From Reclinomonas americana ATCC 50394 (taxonomy: Eukaryota): a stretch of 54,651 bases of DNA. Within the stretch, counting starts at the first letter, position 1, and the number at the start of each line of letters is the position of its first letter. The translations under genes and the position numbers were made by a program. Shown in pieces: positions 13,401-26,443 of this stretch. Under the pieces are notes generated by a model. The model did not search any database. It saw only the letters and a list, made by a program, of their open reading frames with translations, and was not told where the DNA came from. The DNA lies in NCBI GenBank assembly GCA_048213135.1, contig PS015236.1:38742-93392 (forward strand), in the 5' to 3' direction.

Positions 13401-16400
13401 CCTGTTCCTTCCCCCTTTTCCTTCCCCCTCCCCCTTTCTCTTCTTCCCATTTTCCCTTCCCCCTTTCTTTCTCCCTTCCCCTTCTCCTCACTCTTCTCTC
13501 CTCGCGCGTCCGCAGAACCGCGACTCTCTCGTCGACTCGCCAAATTTCGTGCTCTCCGACCCCATCCTCTACTGCGGTGCACTCGCCTGTCCATCACCGC
13601 TGGTGTGCCGACACAACCTGGATCCAAGACCACCGCGCTTTATCAATTTTGACACGATTGGTCTGTGTGTTCGTGTCTTTACTCATCCTTGCCCCCGTTC
13701 CCCTTGCTCACCTCTCTCTCTTGCCAGGCAATGCCTTTCTCACCGTGTTTCAAGTCATCAGCCAGGAGGACTGGGTGGCGGTCAAGTCGCACCACGTAGA
13801 CTCGACGGGCGAGGTGGCGACGCTGTTCTTTGTGGCTGTCGTGGTGTTTGGTGCCTTTACGGTTCTCAACATTTTCGTCGCTGGTTGGTGGTGAAGGCAT
13901 TCCCTGTCAGCGCTCCATTTTTGAAGACTCACTTGCTGCGACAGTGATTGCGGAGAACTTTCGCAAGACCGCCATTCAACGCGAGCGCGAGGAGCAGCAG
14001 TGGCAGCAAGAGCAGGAGGAGAAGCTGTTGCAACACGAGCAGCAGCAACAACAGCAGCAGCAACAGCAATTAGCAGCCGCAACGACTGTGGCTCCCGAAC
14101 TGTCTCTTCCTCACTCGCCGCCGCAATCCCCGCTGCTGACGCCAGTGCCGTCTCCCGAAGTGCAAGCAAGACCACAATCGCAATCGCAGCCACCGTCGCC
14201 CGTGGGCCGGCGTTTGCATCTGACGCTCCCTTCACTGGATCGTTCTCCGACTCCGTCGCCGTCCGCGATGCATTTGCAGTCGCCAACGTGGGCGAGTGGC
14301 AGTCCTCACAGTCCTCTCACTCCGTCGCCGTCGTCGCGCGCCGCGTCTCCATTTCCTGGTTCAGAAGCTGGTGGTGCACTCTTGGCGCCACCTCCAGCTG
14401 CTCGCATCATCGCCCACCAGCCGGTCGCCAATCTGTCACCCGCCCAGCTGTTGCGCCTCATCATTATTCTTGTGGTCCATTGTCCTGTCAACCTCACTCC
14501 TGGCTCTCAGGTCCTCCATTGCGTCACGTCGACGACAGAGCATGCCGCTGGTCGCTCTGCAGGCTGTGCGCCGACTGAACAAGCACCGCCGCACCGACTC
14601 GAATCCACCCTCAGCCGACAATGAGTTGCGCTCTTGATTATCGAGTAGTCTCTTCTTACTCGTCGTTTCCATCTCACCTGCGTGTCGCAGCTCGTCGAGT
14701 TCCCGGCGTCGACAGGAGAACAGCTCACACAACAACTCGTCGGAGAACGAGCTGCAGCGTGTCGCATCGATGATCCCGGCCGAGTTTCGTCCTCTGCACG
14801 TGCGCCTCTCAGCGTCAAAATGTGCTCATGATTCGCTCAACAGGGCCACGAATCGCAAACGTCGTCTCCCGTCGCTCCTCAGCACTGCTCCACCCGGCGC
14901 CAATGTGTTTGCCATGGCTGCGGCAGCGGCAGCTGCGGAGAAGGCCGGTTCAGCAGCAGCAGCAGCCGCAGCAGCAGCAGAGACGGCTGCCAAGACCGCG
15001 GCCGCACCGGCACCGTTGTCGGTGACTGCGTCCACCCCTGCTGAAGTGGCCCAGTTGCGCTCGAAGACAAGCCCCTTTCCATTTTATCCTTTTTTGTCTC
15101 CCTTGTTTCTTCATGATTGTCTCTCTGTTCTCCTCTCGATCTTCTCGCCGCGTCCTCTTCTTGCAGTCAATTTGGGCTGTCGTATCTTGCATGCCGCGCT
15201 TTACTTCTTTATCTTTCCAGCTGCTTCTCTTGCGTCATCTGCCACCCCACCATGCCGTATTCCTTGCCACGATCTGCCTCTCCTTATCACCCTCTCCTCC
15301 CCATTCCCTTCCCTTTTCAGCTCCTTCTTCAACACCTTTCTCTCCTCCGCTTGTCACTCTCCCCTCACCTCTCCTCTTCTCCCTTCTCTTCACCCTCTCT
15401 CTCTCTCTCTCTCACTCTTCCCTCTCCTCCATCACCCTCTCCATTCTTTCCCTCCTCTCTTCGCCTCTCTCTTCACCTTTTTCTTACCTTTTCCTGCAGA
15501 CCATCACCATCACGCTCACGCACTTCGCGACGGCAACTCTCCCTGAACGACTCCGTCTCCATGCCTCCCGCACATGTACCTCACGACGATGTGGTGGCGG
15601 CGGAGGAGGATTCGCCACTCGGTTTGACAAGGCGAGGAAGCGGCTCTCGTCTCCTGTCGCCCACGAGTGACGACAGTTGCGCCGTCGAAACTCATTGTGT
15701 ACTTTCAAAATACGATTGCCTTACCTTTTCTGTCCTTCGTCGCGCAGCTGGTGCCGATGCAGGTGTTGGCGTCGGCGGTGGTGCTGCTCCTCTCGCCGCC
15801 GCCTTGTCGGCTCCTGGCTCACGAGCCGTGTCGCCAGCGCCACCACAGCTCACCGTTCACGGTGACGGTGGCGAGGAAGTTGGTGTGCGGTTAGCGAGCT
15901 TCCGATTCCCTCGGCGTGCTCGCGATGAGGGCGACCTCGATCGCAACAGCAGCATGCGCTCGCTCAATCTCATGGGTACGTGTTTCCTGATTTCTGAAGA
16001 GTTCTCAGCGTGATGATCCGCTCACCTTCTCCCTCCTCTCTCTCTCTCCGCGCGCAGTCCAAGACTACCGACGCAGTAGCATTGCCAGATTCGGTGCGCC
16101 GACGCGGCACTGGTCAAGAGGCGATTTCGGCGACGGCAACGAGTGGAACGACGATGCGGTGAGCGTGGCCTCGACGCACAGATCGACACGCGGCGGCGAG
16201 CGTAAGACCGAGTCAGCCGCAGTGCCCGCGCTGCCGGGACTGTCGCCGACCGCCACTGCGGCGGCAAAGGCATCAACAGTTGCATCTGCATCCGCACCGA
16301 GCGAGCCGCAAAAGTCGCTTCCGCAGAAACCGACTGTGTTGATTGTGCGCCTGTCACGCACCGAGCGGTTATCGCGCCTCTGCGCAGCCTTGTTTTCGTC

Positions 16401-19400
16401 GCTGTATTGCCGCCCGGCAATCATCACTCTGCTGGTGGCTCACACGGCCGTCATTTGCATGGAGCATTCCTCGCAAACGGCGTCATTTGGAACTGGTCTC
16501 GGTGCGTTTCACCTCTTATTTCGTTGTTGCTGCTGCTTTGTTGCTGCTCTTCTTCTCTCCTCCTCCTTGCCCACCTTCCTCCTCCTCCCCTTCTTCTTCC
16601 CCTTCCTCCTCCTCTTCTTTCTTCTTTTTCCACTTCCTCTTCTTCTGCTTCCTCTTCTTCTCCTTTTCTCTTTCTCCACTTCCTCCTTCTCCTCCTCCTC
16701 CTCGTCCTCTTTCTCCTTTTCCNNNNNNNNNNNNNNNNNNNNNNNNNNNNNNNNNNNNNNNNNNNNNNNNNNNNNNNNNNNNNNNNNNNNNNNNNNNNNN
16801 NNNNNNNNNNNNNNNNNNNNNNNNNNNNNNNNNNNNNNNNNNNNNNNNNNNNNNNNNNNNNNNNNNNNNNNNNNNNNNNNNNNNNNNNNNNNNNNNNNNN
16901 NNNNNNNNNNNNNNNNNNNNNNNNNNNNNNNNNNNNNNNNNNNNNNNNNNNNNNNNNNNNNNNNNNNNNNNNNNNNNNNNNNNNNNNNNNNNNNNNNNNN
17001 NNNNNNNNNNNNNNNNNNNNNNNNNNNNNNNNNNNNNNNNNNNNNNNNNNNNNNNNNNNNNNNNNNNNNNNNNNNNNNNNNNNNNNNNNNNNNNNNNNNN
17101 NNNNNNNNNNNNNNNNNNNNNNNNNNNNNNNNNNNNNNNNNNNNNNNNNNNNNNNNNNNNNNNNNNNNNNNNNNNNNNNNNNNNNNNNNNNNNNNNNNNN
17201 NNNNNNNNNNNNNNNNNNNNNNNNNNNNNNNNNNNNNNNNNNNNNNNNNNNNNNNNNNNNNNNNNNNNNNNNNNNNNNNNNNNNNNNNNNNNNNNNNNNN
17301 NNNNNNNNNNNNNNNNNNNNNNNNNNNNNNNNNNNNNNNNNNNNNNNNNNNNNNNNNNNNNNNNNNNNNNNNNNNNNNNNNNNNNNNNNNNNNNNNNNNN
17401 NNNNNNNNNNNNNNNNNNNNNNNNNNNNNNNNNNNNNNNNNNNNNNNNNNNNNNNNNNNNNNNNNNNNNNNNNNNNNNNNNNNNNNNNNNNNNNNNNNNN
17501 NNNNNNNNNNNNNNNNNNNNNNNNNNNNNNNNNNNNNNNNNNNNNNNNNNNNNNNNNNNNNNNNNNNNNNNNNNNNNNNNNNNNNNNNNNNNNNNNNNNN
17601 NNNNNNNNNNNNNNNNNNNNNTTTACTCTTCTCCTCCTTCTCCTCCTTCTCCTCCTTCTCCTCCTTCTCCTCCTTCTCTTCCTTCTCCTCCTTCTCTTCC
17701 TTCTCCTCCTTCTCTTCCTTCTCCTCCTTCTCCTCCTCTGCTCACTGTCGAGTATGCAGAGATTTGTCAGCGCATCCTCTTCGCGATCTACGGGGTGGAA
17801 CTGGTCCTGAAAGTGATTGCTCGACGCGGCTTTCGGCAGTACTTTCGACATCGTTGCGTGTGCTGCATTCGTCGCGCCTTCTACAATGAGGCTCACCGCT
17901 GAATGTGTTGGTGGGGGCGCAGAGAAACAACGCTTCGAATTCGTCCTGTTGGTGCTCTGTTTACCGGGTCTCGCCGTCGGCGGTGGAGATAATGTGCGTA
18001 CTTCAATCACCATTGTTGTATCGAATGTGCGAGCGCTCACTTTTGTATCCAGTACTGGTACCTGACCATGTTTCGCGTGCTGATCATTGCGAGACTTGCG
18101 CTGGAGCTGCCGTTCCTAGAATCTGTGCTGGTGAGTGAGGAAAGTGTCCATGCTTGTCATGATATTGGAGTAACACCGCGTGCAGGAAACCGTGGTCATT
18201 TCATTGGCCGCCTGCGCTCGCCTGCTGCTGTTTGCGTTGTTTATGATTGTTGTGGCGGCCTTGTTTGGCATGCAATTGTTTGGTGGTGATCTTCAGGCGG
18301 CGGTGAGTACGCTCGGGGCGTGTGCGTGTATTTTGCGTGCAGCATGAGTTGACTTGATTCGCGCAGAACGGCGACTCGGCACGCTTCAACTTTGACACTT
18401 TTTACGGTGGTCTCACCACCGTCTTTGTGCTGTTGGTGGGTGATGGATGGAACTTCGTGCTGGCCTCGGCCACAGTGTCGTCGTCCACCATCCTCGCTCC
18501 GGCCTACTTTGTCCTCGTCTTCGCCTTTACCAACTGTTGCGTTTCCTCATGTCTTCGCCACTCTCGCGCTTTCGTGGTTGGTAACTGATGGGTTCGTGCG
18601 TATAGATGTGTTGTTGACGGTCTTTATCGCCGTCATCATGGAGGGTCTGGAGCTGTCAGAGCGTGTGAAACTGCAGAAGCAAGCCGAACAGTACGAGCAG
18701 ATTCGACGCGGCCTCACGCTGGAGTCGCTGATGACAGAGAAGCGCGAACAAGACACTCTGCGTCAGCTTAGCAACATGTGGATGAATCAGTCGCTGCGCT
18801 CCAACAACGGCAGTTTTCGGTGAGTGATGATTGACGAGCGTGAGGGAATGGTGTCTGCTTACTGTGTGAGTCCACAACAGCACGGATGCGTCGCTTATGG
18901 ACGACGCAGTCGCCAGGCTAGGCGTGAAGCACATGAAACTGCGCAAGTTAGGCATTGCGCGTGATGAGCAAGGCAATTATGCACTGCTGTCATACATTCG
19001 CGGTCCGTCGGTGCTCTCCGTGCCGACGCTGAAGAGCGCGGCACCGCCAATGTCGCCCGAAGAGTCGAGCGCGCCGGCGTCATCGGCAGCTGCTGTTACG
19101 TTCCTTCTACGGCAATCCTTGATTCATCCGCTCATATACATTATTCTGCAGGGTTCTCCGGTGCGCTCGGCACTTGTGCAAGAGGGTGCATCGCCGTGGA
19201 CTCGCGCGTCGACACTCGGCAAGGGACTTGCGGCGCGCCTTGCCGCTCGCGCACTTTCGCCGCCGGCAACCGATTCGTCTGCCTCCTCTGCTGCCAGCGC
19301 CAGTGGTGCACCGGCGGCACCTGCCCCGGGTGCCTCTGCACTGTCGCCGACGTCGAACACTGTTAGCTTGGCAGCGCGTCTGCGTCGTGCCGTCTTGTTG

Positions 19401-22400
19401 GGAGGTGTGTTGGCACACTATGTGCTTGGGCGGTGCTTCGTTTCCCCCTGCTCACGATTACGTGCCACAGGGCTGCGCACGAATGCGCCATTGCAACCAA
19501 CAATCGTTCCGTCGACTGGCGGCGGTGGGCGCCGTCGTGCCGTGAGTCTGGCAAGTGGCGCTCGTCGTCTTGAGCCGAGTTGCGTAAGTGATGCGATACA
19601 GCAATGGGGAAGATCTGTGTGCTGACTCGCCCTTTCATGTCCAGTTCTCGGACAGGAGGAGGTCGCCGCGGCGGCCATGGCAGCCGCAGCTACTCCTGTC
19701 CCTGAAGTCGGTGACTCGCCCACGTCGCCCACGGCAGCGGGTGGTGGTGGTGCTGGTCGGCGACGATCACGAACAGTGGTCGATATCATGCCGACCTCTG
19801 CTGCACCCGTGGCCGTTCGATTTGCCGATGGTGTGTTTGGGACGAAGCGAATTTTACTTCAATGTTAGTATGTTTGGCCACTCACCTGCTGTGCGCTGCA
19901 GACATGGGATCTCCGAAGGGTCGCTCCGCCGCGCTGTCACTGTCGCCGACTGGATCGCCGCGCTCGCCGCTTGTTGCCTTTGTTCGTGGCTCTCCAAGAG
20001 CTGCAATATCGCCGCCCTCGTCAGCTGCTGCTGCTGCTGCTGCTGCATCCCCTCCTGTCGCGTCGCCTCTCGCGCCAGGTGCATCTGCCGCGTCACCGCC
20101 CACTGGCTCTGTGCAATCGCCGGCCAGTGTGGCGTCGCCCGCCATGAGCGACCAGTCGCATGCCTCGCAGTCGCTGCTTGGTAGTCCGCGTGAGCCACTC
20201 TCGCTGACGGATCTGGAGGCCGGGTGGAGGGTACGTACGATTGCCCGTGGCTTGCCAAGTGAGTGTCCTGCGCTGACGTTCGTGGGCTCGTTGTCGTGCA
20301 TGCAGTCGGGCGCCGGTGGTCAACTGCATACTGTCGATTGCAACACTGACATGCACTCGGACGACGATGATGAGACGCTGGAGTCGATGGCGTTGCCGGA
20401 GGGTTCGTGCGCTCGCAGCTGGTATCGCTTCTGCAGAGGTTCGTCGAGCCGCACATTTCTGTGGTGAGTCCATAATCCATCTCAATTGCCACTCGTGTAG
20501 CTGGTCAGCATGCCCTCTGTTGGCCCAAGGCCGTGCGCCGATGGCGCAGTTTACGCGCGTGGGTCATTGATCGCATCGTGTCGAGACCGTGGTTCGACAT
20601 GTGCGTGGTGGTTGTCATTGTCCTCAGCTGCCTGGTGTTGCCGTTCGAGACGCAGGCATCACGAAGTGGTCTGTGTGCGCCTTGTTCACCCCCAGTTCTG
20701 CGAGTCGATAGTTTGATCTCATTGGCTGGTTCGTGCAGATCCTTCTCAACGCCAAATCTTCCAAATCTGCAATGCGATTTTGATGGCGCTCTTCTGGGCG
20801 GAGATTCTCCTGCGTCTGATTGCTGTCGGCTGGTATCGATACTTTAGTGATCCGTGGAATCGACTGGATACGGTGGTGGCACTGGTGACTTTGAACGATT
20901 GTCGCGGCGAGCGCCTGAGTAACGATGACTCACGTGTTTGCGCAAAACAAGATCTACCTGCTCGACGTGGCACTCGTGAACACTCCAGTGACGGGCTTCC
21001 TCCGTGTCATTCGCTTTGTGCGAGCATTGCGACTCATTCGTCGTGCCACGGGAATGAGAGTTGTGTTTTCTTGTCGCCTGCGTTGTGCATATTTTGCGAA
21101 TACTCATGCAAAGCATCTCTTCCCCACCGCAGCAAGTGCTGCAAGGCCTGCTGTCATCACTGCCGGCCATTGTTCGCCTGATGATGCTCTTCTTGCTCTT
21201 CCTCCTTGGCATGGCCGCACTAGGCGTTCTCCTCTTCCGCGGTCGCTTCGCCTCGTGCAACGACGATGTCGGCACGCAGGATGAGTGCGTGGGAACAGTG
21301 ATGGACCCCAGTACGGGATTGGCAATGCCGCGGGCGTGGACGGTGCCGTACGAGACGTTTGATTCGATTGCCAATGCCATTCTCACGTGCTGGGAGTGCA
21401 TTACGGAGGAAGGTGAAAAGGGGGGAAGGGATGAGAGGGGGAAGGGATGAATAGGGAAAGGGATGAGAGTGATGGTGGAAGGTGGGAGGGGGAAGGGATG
21501 AAGGGGGAAAGGGATGAATGAGTGATGAGAGGACAAGGATGAGAGAGAAGGGGCGAGTGGGAGGGGATGAGAGGGTGGAGAGGGAAAGGATACGAGGGGG
21601 AGGTGGAGGGGAACCGCTGCACGTGCGTGGTTAAATGAGTGACAGAGGAGAGAGTGTCGCATTCGGATGTAGTGCTCAGAAATAGCGATGAGTGGTGTTT
21701 GAGTGTGCGGATACGTGTGTATCTTTTCTGGTGCGGTGAAGAGCGACACTTTTGTGTGCTGTGCATTGACGGAGAGGAAAAAGTGAGCGACAGCAAGTTG
21801 CCGATGGCGACGAATAGTGGTTTCGTAACAGTGAGTCAGATGTGAGTGTCAGAGTGCCATCGGCATTTGCGATGACAGCAGCAATAGAGTGTAAGTGGAG
21901 CACAGACAGCAAGTGTGAATGTGTGTGCAAGAGAGAAAACAGTAAAAAAGGCACACACAAGCGTGAAAGAACAACGACTTGGTGTATGGAATCAGTGGTC
22001 GATGAGCGGAAAGATGTAGATGCGCATTTGCGAGAGGGAGAGCATTGCGCTGCGTTGGAGCATCTTGTGGATCTCAACAACTGTTTTTTGGTGCGCAGGT
22101 TGGAGCGACGTCATGCTGTCGGCGACCGATATCAGTGGGCGCGGACTGCAGCCAAAACGCGACCATTCCTACTACTTTCAGCTCTATTTTGTCGCACTGA
22201 TGGTCCTCGGCACCTTTTTCATCCTGCAACTGGTGCGTTTCGCGCCTCTCATGAGCTCCTTCATTCTCGGTGTCGCTCACGCGGCTCGAGACGCAGTTTC
22301 TCGGTGTCATTCTCGACGCCTTCAGTAACGTCGGCGGCCTGGCGCTCCTCACGGAGAGCCAGAAAGCGTGGGTGTCGTTGCAGCAGATCGCCGAGCAGAT

Positions 22401-23220
22401 TCGACCTCCGCGCCTGTTGCATGGCACTTCGCGGTATCGGAGAGCGTACTTTATCGAACTGCTGGCGCACCCGGTGTTTGAGCAGGTATGGCGGGGCTAG
22501 ACCTCAAAGGAAGTTCGGAGCAGACACTCACCATTTCGCTTGTTTGCGTGCAGGCCATTTACGCAAACTTGCTGCTACTGACGGTACTCATGTGCCTGCA
22601 AGTGAACGAACAGCCACCGGCCTTTACAACGGCCAGCTACGTGCTTTACTGTCTGTTTCAGATCGTATTTGCCGCGGAGGTGAGATGCAACAATGATCGA
22701 GTGTAACATCTTGCCTTGCACACTCACATGTGAGGCAATTCGCAGTTGGTCTGTCGGTACCTGGCGTTGCGATCGCAGGCTTTCTTCCGCGATATGTGGA
22801 ATGTTGTCGACACGGTGCTGCTGGTGTTCTCGTTTGTGGCGTCTGGTGAGAGGAGAAGGGAGGAGAGAGGGGAAAGAGGGATGGAAGGAGGCAGAGGGGA
22901 AGGGGGGAAAGAGGGGAAGGGAGGGGAAAGAGGGGATGAGAGGGGGGCGGAGGAGAAGGGAGGGGGTGAAGCAGGATGTGATCAAGTGAGAGATGGATGA
23001 GGTGGAGCAATTCACACCCATGGACTTGCGTTTGTCTGTGCGTGCTAGCAATGTGGCCACTTGATAATGTGGTTGAGAAGCAGGATGTGAGAGGTGGATG
23101 AAGTAGAACTGTGTGCCTTTCCACAACTGGGAAGGGCGGTACAGAACAGAGAACAACCGCAAGAAAAAAGAGAGGGAGATATGCTCACACTGAGGGTGAT
23201 CTGACTGGTGACAACAAGAC

Positions 23221-23270
<50 letters not shown>

Positions 23271-26200
23271 TGTGAGCTGATGCCCTGGCATATGGCAAGG
23301 AAAGATAGCACGGTACAGAGGGATAGGGAGCGCGCGGCATCAGAGAGTGTGTGGCCGCTCTTGATGTGGCTGAGGAGCAGAACGCGAGAGGCATGAGAAA
23401 CAGAGCTAGGTGTTACAGAAGGTGTCGCTATGCAGCCATGGATTGCAACACAAGAGCTCCAAAGTTACAAGTAGAGTGCATTGGAAGTTAGAGAAATGCA
23501 AAGCAGTGCTATTTCTCCTTCCATTGTGAGGATATTGTTGCTGAATCAGTCACTTCCCGCAGGCCTGGAGCTGGCTGGCTCTCCCATCTCGGTGCTCAGC
23601 TGTTTCCGACTCGGTTTCTTGTTCCGCGCCTTCCGTGGTTCGCGTCGCCTCCGTCGTGTGCTCAATGTGCTGCTGTTGCGTTCTCCCGTTCATCGCCAAC
23701 GATTGTGCCCAGTTGCTCACCAACACTTTCTCCCTTCTCTCGCGCTCTCTCTCTCTCTCCCTTCTCTGCAGCGGTGCCATCCCGACATGCCTCAACGTAA
23801 CGGCCTTGCTGGCCCTCCTGCTCTACATGTACGCGGTGGCCGGAATGGAACTGTTTGGTTCGGTGCGCGACCAGGCCATTCTGTCGCGCCAAACTAATTT
23901 CCGCACGTTCCCTCGGGTGAGTATTGGTGTGTGCGATAGATCATTGATTGTGCTCGAGTGCCCTCAATCTTCTGTCGCCACAGGCGCTCTTTGCCCTTAT
24001 TCGTTGTCTCACCGGTGAATCGTGGAACACGTTGATGCACGAGACCGCCGTCAAGTACCCGTACTGCGATCCGGAACACTGCGGTGTACCTGTGGCGTTG
24101 CGTCGCATTCATTATGCTGTCGTCAAGAGCGCCGCGTCGCACTGACTTGTTCTCCTGGTGATCATTCGCAGGCCGTACGTGTACTGGGTGACGTTCACGT
24201 TCCTCGGCACGTTTGTCTTCCTCAACCTGTTCATTGCCGTGCTGCTGGAACGCTTTTCGCGTGCTTTCGCTCGAGCCGACGCTGAAATGATTGTGCCGCT
24301 GTCTGTGCTGAAATCGTTGCGCGGCGTCACTGTTGCTGCTGGTGCGTGACGCGCAGGGTTGGCCAACTGATGTCTTTGGCGCCTCGCACAGATTCCAAAC
24401 CGTGTGGATGGAGTTTGATCGTCGCTCCACTGGCAAGATCCGTCTCCACGACGTGCGACGGCTGCTCTTCCGCATCGGCAAGCCCCTCGGTTTTACTCGA
24501 CAGGTATGTTGAGGAGGGAGAAGGGGGAAGGGAGGGGGAGAAGGAGAAAGAGGGTGAGGAGGAGGAGGAGGAGGAGGAGGAGGAGGAGGAGGAGGAGGAG
24601 GAGGAGGAGGAGAGGCCTCTCTTGTTTCTCAGTGTAAAGGGAAAGAGACGAGAGAAGAGTGCATTGCATAGCTGCACCCATCAGTTTCATCCTCGATGGA
24701 GACTTATGCACTTAAGATCAGAACGGTTGTGGGAGAAGGTTGCAGATTGGAAGGATGAGAAACTCTTTGTTCTTCACGCTTTCGTGGAAACTGATGTGCT
24801 TGAAGAGTGACACTGCCGACCGAGGATTCCTCTTCTCTCATCACTTCTCCCCCAAAACAGACACCCTACTGGGAGGTGGAGAGCGTCATGTGGCAAGTCC
24901 GCACGGCTGCCGTGTCCACGTTGAAACGCGATTTGCGCCTTCTCCACCACGTGCGCGACTTGCTGACAGCACGAGAGGGCGAGACTGCAGGTAACGCACA
25001 CTGTGTGGTGTTCCTTGTATCGCCTCGACGCGCCTCTCTTATCATTCGCCACAGGAGTGCACATTCCCGACGTGGATCCCGCCAAGGAGGTGGATCGCGT
25101 CAAGTTCGGCACACTGCTCAAGGTGCTGCTGCTCCGCGTGGTGGACGAACGAATGCTCAGGTTTGCATGAGACGGATACAGCGAGACATTGTAGCCGCGT
25201 GGCACTCACTGTCATGACAGTTTGGCTGAGTTGGAAGAGGTGCGCGACGACGCCGAGGAGCGTCAGGAGCAGCTGGCTGCCACTCGCATTCAGAGCTGGT
25301 GGCGCGGCCGTTCTCTTCGACGCCGTCTGCCTGCCTCTCTCAAGCCGACACTGCAAGAGCTGAAGGCGCTGATCCCGTTTTGCGTCGTCTCCACGGCGGT
25401 CAAGAGTCTGCTCGGCAGCATGGTTTGCGCGTCTGCCTGGTTTGTGTGCGCCTTCTCCTGTTATTGACTCACGTTCGGTCGTGCAGCTGGCGCCGTCGGT
25501 GCGATACGTGCACGAATCGGGTCTGGTGCGTCGACGCGTGTCCACCGGTCTCGCCAAGTTCCGCTACGAGGCCGGCATTGAGGCGAATGTGGGACGAATG
25601 GAGGTGTCGCAACGGACGCATCTGGACGGGTACGTGTGGATGGAAGACAAGCTTGATTTGTGCGTGTGATTATAATGCTTTCCACCTCTGGCACAGTGAG
25701 GAAATCGAACGAACGGTCGCCACCAACACATCGCCTGCGGGAAACGCGTTGCTGCATGTGGTGCGCGCGACCGACGACTCTTTCCTGGCTGCGAGACGGT
25801 GGGAACCGCATCCAGACGTTCCTGACCCGCAAACTCCAGTGCTTGGTCGCTTCCAGTGGTGAGTAATGCACATTTTCTTTGTCGAGGCCAGCTTTGTAAT
25901 CACGTGTGCATCCCAGGGTCCGACCTGCAACCACTGCACCACCGGCGAGTGGCGGCCGCGCGCGTTCTGTGGCGGTGGTCATGTCGCAGCAGCAATCGTC
26001 GTCGCCACCACAGCAGGAGTCGGCACCAGCTGCCGGCGGCAACTACTCTGGGACAACAATTGACTTTTTCGGAGGCTTTGGTTGCGTCCCTTTCCCCATA
26101 CTCTGTGTCTTTCATGATACTCATCCGTGTTACGGCCTCGCAGATTCCACCACGTCGTCGTCCTCGGGCGACGAGGCGCAGAAGCAGTACGAGAAGGCGA

Positions 26201-26443
26201 CTGGTGTGGGAGTCGGTCTGGCATCCACTGCCGCGGCGTCACCGAGTGTGGTCGACCCCGCTGGTGTGGCGCTGGTGCTTGAGCACGGCGGAGACGACGC
26301 GTTGCCGTCGCCACGCAGACGCACCTCTGTCTCGGTGCCCGTTGCTGCGCTGCCGACGTTGCAGTTGCCGCTGCAGGTGCCTCATGCACCCCACACATCT
26401 TCTGCTCTCGCATTTCCGGCACTCAATACTTCTTCTGTTTCGC
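10493..26443 (+). CDS. Four-domain voltage-gated-family cation channel alpha subunit, NALCN/Cch1-like; stop probably lies in or beyond the gap at 26445
   Basis: Pre-S1 DRSFFLFAPSHPLRRFC. S4 segments FRTVRALRPLRL (I) and LRVIRFVRALRLIRR (III). P-loops ISQEDW, LVGDGW, ITEE|GW and LTGESW. S6 segments LNIFVAVI, LTVFIAVI, LQL|FLGVI and LNLFIAVL. C-terminal EF-hand-like WMEFDRRSTGKI and IQ motif AATRIQSWWRG. More than 30 introns; start codon tentative. Confidence 0.9.
11425..11880. repeat. Purine-rich intronic tandem repeat with ~120-200 bp units
   Basis: GGAGCGAGGCAGAGAGCAAG(A/G) at ~11446, 11637, 11741 and 11849. GGAGACGGAGAAAAC occurs four times and CTTTCTTCTTCCACTCTCCCTTGCCCAGGAGCGAGG twice. 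Confidence 0.85.
17628..17737. repeat. (TTCTCCTCC/TTCTCTTCC)n 9-mer array in intron
   Basis: Direct reading. Confidence 0.9.
23226..23268. repeat. (GA)n microsatellite, intronic
   Basis: Direct reading. Confidence 0.95.
24556..24612. repeat. (GAG)n trinucleotide repeat, intronic
   Basis: Direct reading. Confidence 0.95.

Noticed and set aside
7387-13894. Leu/Phe/Pro/Ser-rich or Glu/Arg/Lys-rich ORFs resembling membrane or charged proteins
   Set aside because: Translations of intronic polypyrimidine/polypurine tracts.
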